A stretch of 64,000 nt of DNA, from the NCBI GenBank assembly GCA_964387985.1, contig CAYLZG010000005.1:10737-74736 (forward strand), read 5' to 3'. The stretch's first letter is position 1. Each line of letters begins with the position of its first letter. Origin of the DNA: an uncultured Anaerolineales bacterium. Lineage in GTDB: Bacteria > Chloroflexota > Anaerolineae > CG2-30-64-16. Under the pieces are notes generated by a model, which worked only from the letters and a program-made list of their open reading frames with translations, ran no database searches and was not told the origin of the DNA. The translations under genes were made by a program, and so were the position numbers. Positions 59,606 to 64,000 of this stretch are shown here, piece by piece.

Positions 59606-61714
59606 ATGCAGACATCGCAGCACGAACTGTACGTCTCGACCCAGGGGAACGACCGCTGGTCGGGCAAGCTGGCTGAGCCGAACCCAGAGCGGACGGACGG
59701 ACCCTTTGCGACGCCGGAGAAGGCACGCAACGTGATTCGCGCGGCCCGGCGGCAGGGTGAACTGGCCGGACCGGTGACCGTGTGGCTGCGCGGGGGGCGC
59801 TACCCGCTCGCCGCACCGCTCACGTTCACGCCCGACGACGCCTGGCCCGTGACCTACGCGGCCTACGCCGGCGAGCAGCCGGTTCTCGACGGCGCACGGC
59901 GCATCACCGGCTGGCGCACGGCGCAGGTCAACGGTCGCACGGCCTGGGTGGTGGACCTGCCCGATGTGGCCGCAGGAAAGTGGCACTTCCGGTCGCTGTT
60001 CGTAAACGGCGACCGCCGCAGCCGGCCGCGCCTGCCCAAGATTACGGAGGGCAGCGATGGCCGCGACGACTTCTACCGCATGGCCGCAGTCCCAAACATC
60101 CGCTTCGATGCGTCCTCGACGGTGGACCTGTTCGACGGGTACGACCGCTTCACCGCGGAGCCGGGGCAGTTCGAGCCGTGGCACAACCTGGCGGACATCG
60201 AGGTCGTGGTCGCGCACTACTGGATCGAGGAACGCATGCCCGTTGCTGCGTTCGACCCGGCCACCCGGGAAGTCGTCTCGACGCGCTACAGCATGTTCGC
60301 GCTGAAGGATGACTTCCGCGCCCGCTACGCCAAGTATTACGTGGATAACGTCTTCGAGGCGCTGACCGAGCCGGGCGAGTGGTATCTGGACCGGTCCGCA
60401 GGCCGGCTGTACTACCTGCCTTTGGCGGGGGAGACGCCGGACACGGCCGAGGTCTACGTGCCGGTGACGGACCAGCTGCTGGTCCTGACGGGCGATGCGG
60501 CGAACCACCGGTACGTCGAGCACCTGCGATTCGAGGGCCTGGCGTTCGAGCATGCGGACTGGCGCGAGCTAGAGGTGCCGGTCGAGCCGGACACCGGGAT
60601 GCCGGCCACGCGCAAATATGCGGCCTCACCGCAAGCCGCCAGTCACGTGCCCGGCGCGCTCAGCCTGACCGCTGCACGCCACTGCGCGATCGAGGACTGC
60701 ACCATCCGCCACGCCGGCTATTACGGCATCGAGCTGGCCGGCGGGTGCAGCGGCATCCGGATCATCGGCAACGACATCAGCGACCTGGGCGCAGGCGGGG
60801 TGAAGGTCAACGGCGCGGACGCGCTCGGGCCGGTCGCGCTGCGGACGGGCCACAACCGCATCACCGACAATCATATCCACGACGGGGGACGCGTCTATCA
60901 CAGCGGCATCGGCGTGTTCCTCAAACACGCCTTCGGCAACCTCGTCAGCCACAACGACATTCACGACTTCTACTACAGCGGCATCTCTTGCGGCTGGGTC
61001 TGGGGCTTCACGGAGAACATCTCCGCAGACAACCGCTTCGAGGCGAATCACATCCACCATCTCGGCAAGGCGTGGCTGAGCGACATGGGCGGCATTTACA
61101 CGCTGGGAATTCAGCCGGGCACGGTGATCCGGGGCAACTGGATTCACGATGTGGAAAAGGCCAATTACGGGGGCTGGGCCGTCTACCTGGACGAGGGCAG
61201 CTCGCACATCGTGGTCGAGGACAACCTGTGCTACCGCACGACCAGCCAGCCGTTCCATATGCACTATGGCCGCGAGGCAACGGTGCGCAACAACATCTTC
61301 GCGTTCGGTGGGGAGGGCCAGATTGCACTGGGCCGGTCGGGTGACCATCTCTCGTTCACGTTCGAACGCAACATCGTCCTCACCGACGGCCAGCCCATCT
61401 TTATCGGCGGCTACGGCTGCGACTTCTCCCACCGCGACATCATCACCGACCTGAACCTGTTCTGGGACCTCGCGGGCGAGCCGCTGCTGACCGGGCCGCG
61501 ACAGAGCGGGCGCACGCAGCCCGTGCCCGGGCTGAGCCTGGCAGAGTGGCAGGCGAAGGGGAACGACGTGCACTCGCTCGTCGCCGACCCGCTGTTCCAG
61601 GATGTCGCCGCGTGCGATTTCACGCTCGCGCCGGATTCCCCTGCGTTTGCGCTGGGCTTCCGGCCCGTCAATGTGTCCGGTGCGGGGCCGCGGGCGAAGG
61701 GAGAGAGGGTGTAG
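59606..61714 (+). CDS. right-handed parallel beta-helix repeat protein (pectate-lyase/glycosidase-like fold)
   Basis: 702 aa; AAGGAG RBS; repeated NxxxDxG / HND I HD coils (IIGNDISDLGAGGVKVNG, HNRITDNHIHDGG, HNDIHDFYYSGI); no signal peptide. Confidence 0.55.
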   Translation: MQTSQHELYVSTQGNDRWSGKLAEPNPERTDGPFATPEKARNVIRAARRQGELAGPVTVWLRGGRYPLAAPLTFTPDDAWPVTYAAYAGEQPVLDGARRITGWRTAQVNGRTAWVVDLPDVAAGKWHFRSLFVNGDRRSRPRLPKITEGSDGRDDFYRMAAVPNIRFDASSTVDLFDGYDRFTAEPGQFEPWHNLADIEVVVAHYWIEERMPVAAFDPATREVVSTRYSMFALKDDFRARYAKYYVDNVFEALTEPGEWYLDRSAGRLYYLPLAGETPDTAEVYVPVTDQLLVLTGDAANHRYVEHLRFEGLAFEHADWRELEVPVEPDTGMPATRKYAASPQAASHVPGALSLTAARHCAIEDCTIRHAGYYGIELAGGCSGIRIIGNDISDLGAGGVKVNGADALGPVALRTGHNRITDNHIHDGGRVYHSGIGVFLKHAFGNLVSHNDIHDFYYSGISCGWVWGFTENISADNRFEANHIHHLGKAWLSDMGGIYTLGIQPGTVIRGNWIHDVEKANYGGWAVYLDEGSSHIVVEDNLCYRTTSQPFHMHYGREATVRNNIFAFGGEGQIALGRSGDHLSFTFERNIVLTDGQPIFIGGYGCDFSHRDIITDLNLFWDLAGEPLLTGPRQSGRTQPVPGLSLAEWQAKGNDVHSLVADPLFQDVAACDFTLAPDSPAFALGFRPVNVSGAGPRAKGERV

Positions 61715-61734
61715 CCGCACCTCAGTTCGTAGTC

Positions 61735-61795
61735 GGCGCTTCAGCGCCCCGGGTGCGGGCGGGCGCTGAAGCGCCGACTACGAACCTGAAGGCAG
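61735..61795. terminator. perfect 24-nt-arm inverted repeat GTTCGTAGTCGGCGCTTCAGCGCC-N13-GGCGCTGAAGCGCCGACTACGAAC between convergent genes
   Basis: Same hairpin family; between beta-helix gene stop (61714) and convergent ABC exporter stop (61804); candidate bidirectional rho-independent terminator (no obvious U-tract). Confidence 0.5.
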
Positions 61796-61803
61796 CGCGT
61801 TGG

Positions 61804-63636
61804 TCACTCCTGCAGGAAGCTCTCGACGTATTCGAGAGACTGATGTCTGAAATACGTGTTATACAGCACCGCGTAGTGCCCACTCGCAGCCATCAGCGCA
61901 TCGTGGCTGCCTTCCTCGATGATCTCGCCGTGGTCCATCACGATGATGCGGTCGGCGGCCTTCACGGTCGACAGCCGGTGCGCGATGACGATCGCGGTGC
62001 GGTCGTGCATCAGCGTGTCCAGCCCCTCCTGGATCTGCGTCTCGGTGAAGGGGTCCACGCTCGCCGTCGCCTCGTCCAGGATGAAGATGGCCGGGTCCTT
62101 GAGCACCACGCGTGCGAGCACGACGAGCTGGCGCTGGCCCATCGACAGGCTGGCCCCGCGCTCGCCCACGTCGGTGTCCAGCCCCTTCGGCAGGTCTGCG
62201 ACCCACTCGCCGCCCGCGACCTGCGCAGCCGCTGCCTCGACCTCTGCATCGGTCGCGTCGGGCCGTGCGTAGCGGATGTTGTCGCGTACCGTGCCCGAGA
62301 AGAGGAACGGCTCCTGCGGCACCGTACCGATCTGCCGGCGGTAGCTCTGCAGGTCCAGCCGGCGGATGTCGCGGCCATCGACCAGCAGCTCGCCCTCCTG
62401 GAACTCGTAGAAGCGCGCGACCAGCCGGGCGACGCTGCTTTTGCCTGCGCCGGTATGCCCGACCAGCGCGACCGTCTCGCGCGGGCGGATCTCCAGGTTG
62501 AAGCTCGGCAGCACGATCTCGCCGCCCCGCTGCTCCTCGACCGCCGGCGTGTAGGTGAACCGCACGTTCCGGAACGTGATGCTCCCGTCCAGCCGCTCCA
62601 CCGGCTCCGCCCCGGCTTGGACGACCTTCGGCTCCGCATCGATCAGCGCGAACACCCGCTCGGACGCGGCCAGCCCGTCCTGGAACTGGCTCCAGAACGA
62701 ACTGATGCCGGTCAGCGGCCACCAGTAGAAGCCCACCGCCTGCATGAACAGGTACCAGTCGCCGGGCGTCACGCCTGTCGCGCCCAGTGTCGCCAGACCG
62801 CCCATGTAAATCAGCACGGCGGCGCCGACGCCGGATGACGCAGCCAGGATCGGGAAGATGGTGTTCAACGTCAGCCCCCGGCGCAGCCCGACCCCGTAGG
62901 CCTGGCGGTTGTTGGCGAGGAAATCATCGTAGATGGCGCGCTCCTGGCGGAAGCTCTTCGCGACCACGATGCCGCTGACCGACTCCTGGATCTGTGCGTT
63001 GATCTTCGCGGTGACCCGGCGCGACCGCTGCGTCACGATGCGCGCGATGCGCCGGAAGCTCAGCGCAATCAGCGCGGCGAAGGGCGCCATCGCCAGCAGC
63101 AGCAGGGTCAGCGTCACGTTGATGCGCGCCAACCAGACCGTCAGGAACACGACCAGGAGCACCTGGCTGAACAGGTTCGTCGTCAGCGTAACCACCTCGG
63201 CCAGGTCCTGCGTGTCCGACGTGATGCGGCTGACGATCTTGCCGGAGGGATGCTCGTCGTAGAACGACAGGTCGTGGCGGATGGCCGCAGCGAACACATC
63301 CTCGCGAATCTTCAGCACGACATCGCCCACCACCCGGGCCGAGAACCACTGCTGGATGAAGTTGAAGGTCCAGGCCGCCATGCCCAGGAGCAGCACCCCG
63401 CCGGCCAGCAGCAGCATCGCGCGCGTGGACTGGTCGCGCGCGACCATGTCGATGCCGCTCGCAATCAGGATCGGGCCGGCCGTGCCTGCCAGCGAGTTGA
63501 GCGTGATCGTGACAGCGACCAGCACCATGCGCTTCCAGTGGGGCTTGAAGTAAGCCAGCACCCGCCGGACCAGCTCGCGGTCGCCATAGTTGCGGTCGTA
63601 TGCCTCGGTGTCGAGGCCGTCCAGGATAAAGCCCAT
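61804..63636 (-). CDS. ABC exporter, fused permease-ATPase (MsbA/heterodimeric type)
   Basis: 610 aa; 6-TM N-terminal domain, Walker A GHTGAGKSS, signature LSMGQRQ, Walker B ILDEATAS. Confidence 0.85.
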   Translation of the reverse strand: MGFILDGLDTEAYDRNYGDRELVRRVLAYFKPHWKRMVLVAVTITLNSLAGTAGPILIASGIDMVARDQSTRAMLLLAGGVLLLGMAAWTFNFIQQWFSARVVGDVVLKIREDVFAAAIRHDLSFYDEHPSGKIVSRITSDTQDLAEVVTLTTNLFSQVLLVVFLTVWLARINVTLTLLLLAMAPFAALIALSFRRIARIVTQRSRRVTAKINAQIQESVSGIVVAKSFRQERAIYDDFLANNRQAYGVGLRRGLTLNTIFPILAASSGVGAAVLIYMGGLATLGATGVTPGDWYLFMQAVGFYWWPLTGISSFWSQFQDGLAASERVFALIDAEPKVVQAGAEPVERLDGSITFRNVRFTYTPAVEEQRGGEIVLPSFNLEIRPRETVALVGHTGAGKSSVARLVARFYEFQEGELLVDGRDIRRLDLQSYRRQIGTVPQEPFLFSGTVRDNIRYARPDATDAEVEAAAAQVAGGEWVADLPKGLDTDVGERGASLSMGQRQLVVLARVVLKDPAIFILDEATASVDPFTETQIQEGLDTLMHDRTAIVIAHRLSTVKAADRIIVMDHGEIIEEGSHDALMAASGHYAVLYNTYFRHQSLEYVESFLQE

Positions 63637-63642
63637 GTGCTC

Positions 63643-64000
63643 CTATCCGCAGCGTGAGAAAATGCGGCAGTAATCCGGCGAGCGCTCCAGGAGTTCTTCG
63701 TGCGTCCCCTGGTCCACAAGTTCCCCGCGACGCAGCACGAGGATGCGGTCGGCCCAGCGAATTTGGCTCAGCCGGTGTGTGATCAGGAAGGTGGTGCGCT
63801 GGCTGCTGATGTGGCGCATCGCGCGCTGAATCTGGTCCTCGGTCTCGCTGTCGATGGCGCTCGTGCTGTCATCGAGGATCAGGATGCGCGGGTCGGTCAG
63901 GAAGGCGCGTGCAATCGCCAGCCGCTGCCGCTGCCCGCCGGAGAGCGTGACGCCCCGCTCGCCGATCTCCGTCGCATAGCCGTCGCGGAACTCGCTGATG
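63643..64000 (-). CDS. ABC exporter fused permease-ATPase, C-terminal part (partial, partner of 61804-63636)
   Basis: Reverse-strand translation gives ...[38 protein letters not shown]...; stop TAG at 63643-63645, 7 nt upstream of next start; extends beyond window. Confidence 0.75.
   Translation of the reverse strand, partial: ISEFRDGYATEIGERGVTLSGGQRQRLAIARAFLTDPRILILDDSTSAIDSETEDQIQRAMRHISSQRTTFLITHRLSQIRWADRILVLRRGELVDQGTHEELLERSPDYCRIFSRCG

Overview
GC-rich (roughly 60-70%) bacterial chromosomal window with no rRNA, tRNA or CRISPR. The coding style (many ATGA/overlapping starts, strong GGAGG-type RBSs) suggests Chloroflexi or Actinobacteria, but that is a guess.

Three blocks.

(1) 1-23.3 kb, + strand: a carbohydrate and sugar-acid catabolic gene set. 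It contains a sugar-phosphate isomerase, three tandem uroporphyrinogen-decarboxylase (URO-D)-like paralogs, a divergent GH36-like hydrolase and a YhcH/EbgC-like protein. These are followed by a GntR regulator, a fumarylacetoacetate-hydrolase-family enzyme, a ferredoxin plus a tungsten-type aldehyde:ferredoxin oxidoreductase (AOR), a 576-aa unknown protein, an FSA/transaldolase-type aldolase, SDRs, an Ldh_2 dehydrogenase, a fused E1 alpha-beta plus E2 2-oxoacid dehydrogenase pair, a 2-hydroxyacid dehydrogenase and an FGGY-like kinase.

(2) 23.3-45.4 kb, - strand: a ~22 kb glycan-utilisation operon. It encodes two substrate-binding proteins, two ABC permeases, an MFS transporter, two GH2 enzymes, two canonical GH36 alpha-galactosidases, two divergent GH36-like paralogs (one TAT-secreted) and an APH-like kinase translationally coupled to a GH36.

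(3) 45.7-54.3 kb: a divergent GroEL paralog coupled to a BNR/Ycf48-like beta-propeller and a GntR regulator. This is followed by a GC-richer prophage-like remnant (winged-helix replication protein, DnaC-like loader, putative TerS, TerL) with no integrase or structural genes. The remnant carries an 88-bp tandem repeat and a G-rich palindromic repeat cluster.

Downstream lie Gfo/Idh/MocA and Zn-ADH oxidoreductases, a 975-aa FtsX-like permease, a beta-helix protein and a tandem ABC exporter pair.

A 24-nt-arm hairpin repeat family (GTTYGTAGTNGGCGCTTCAGCGCC) recurs at least five times, both inside and outside the phage-like island.
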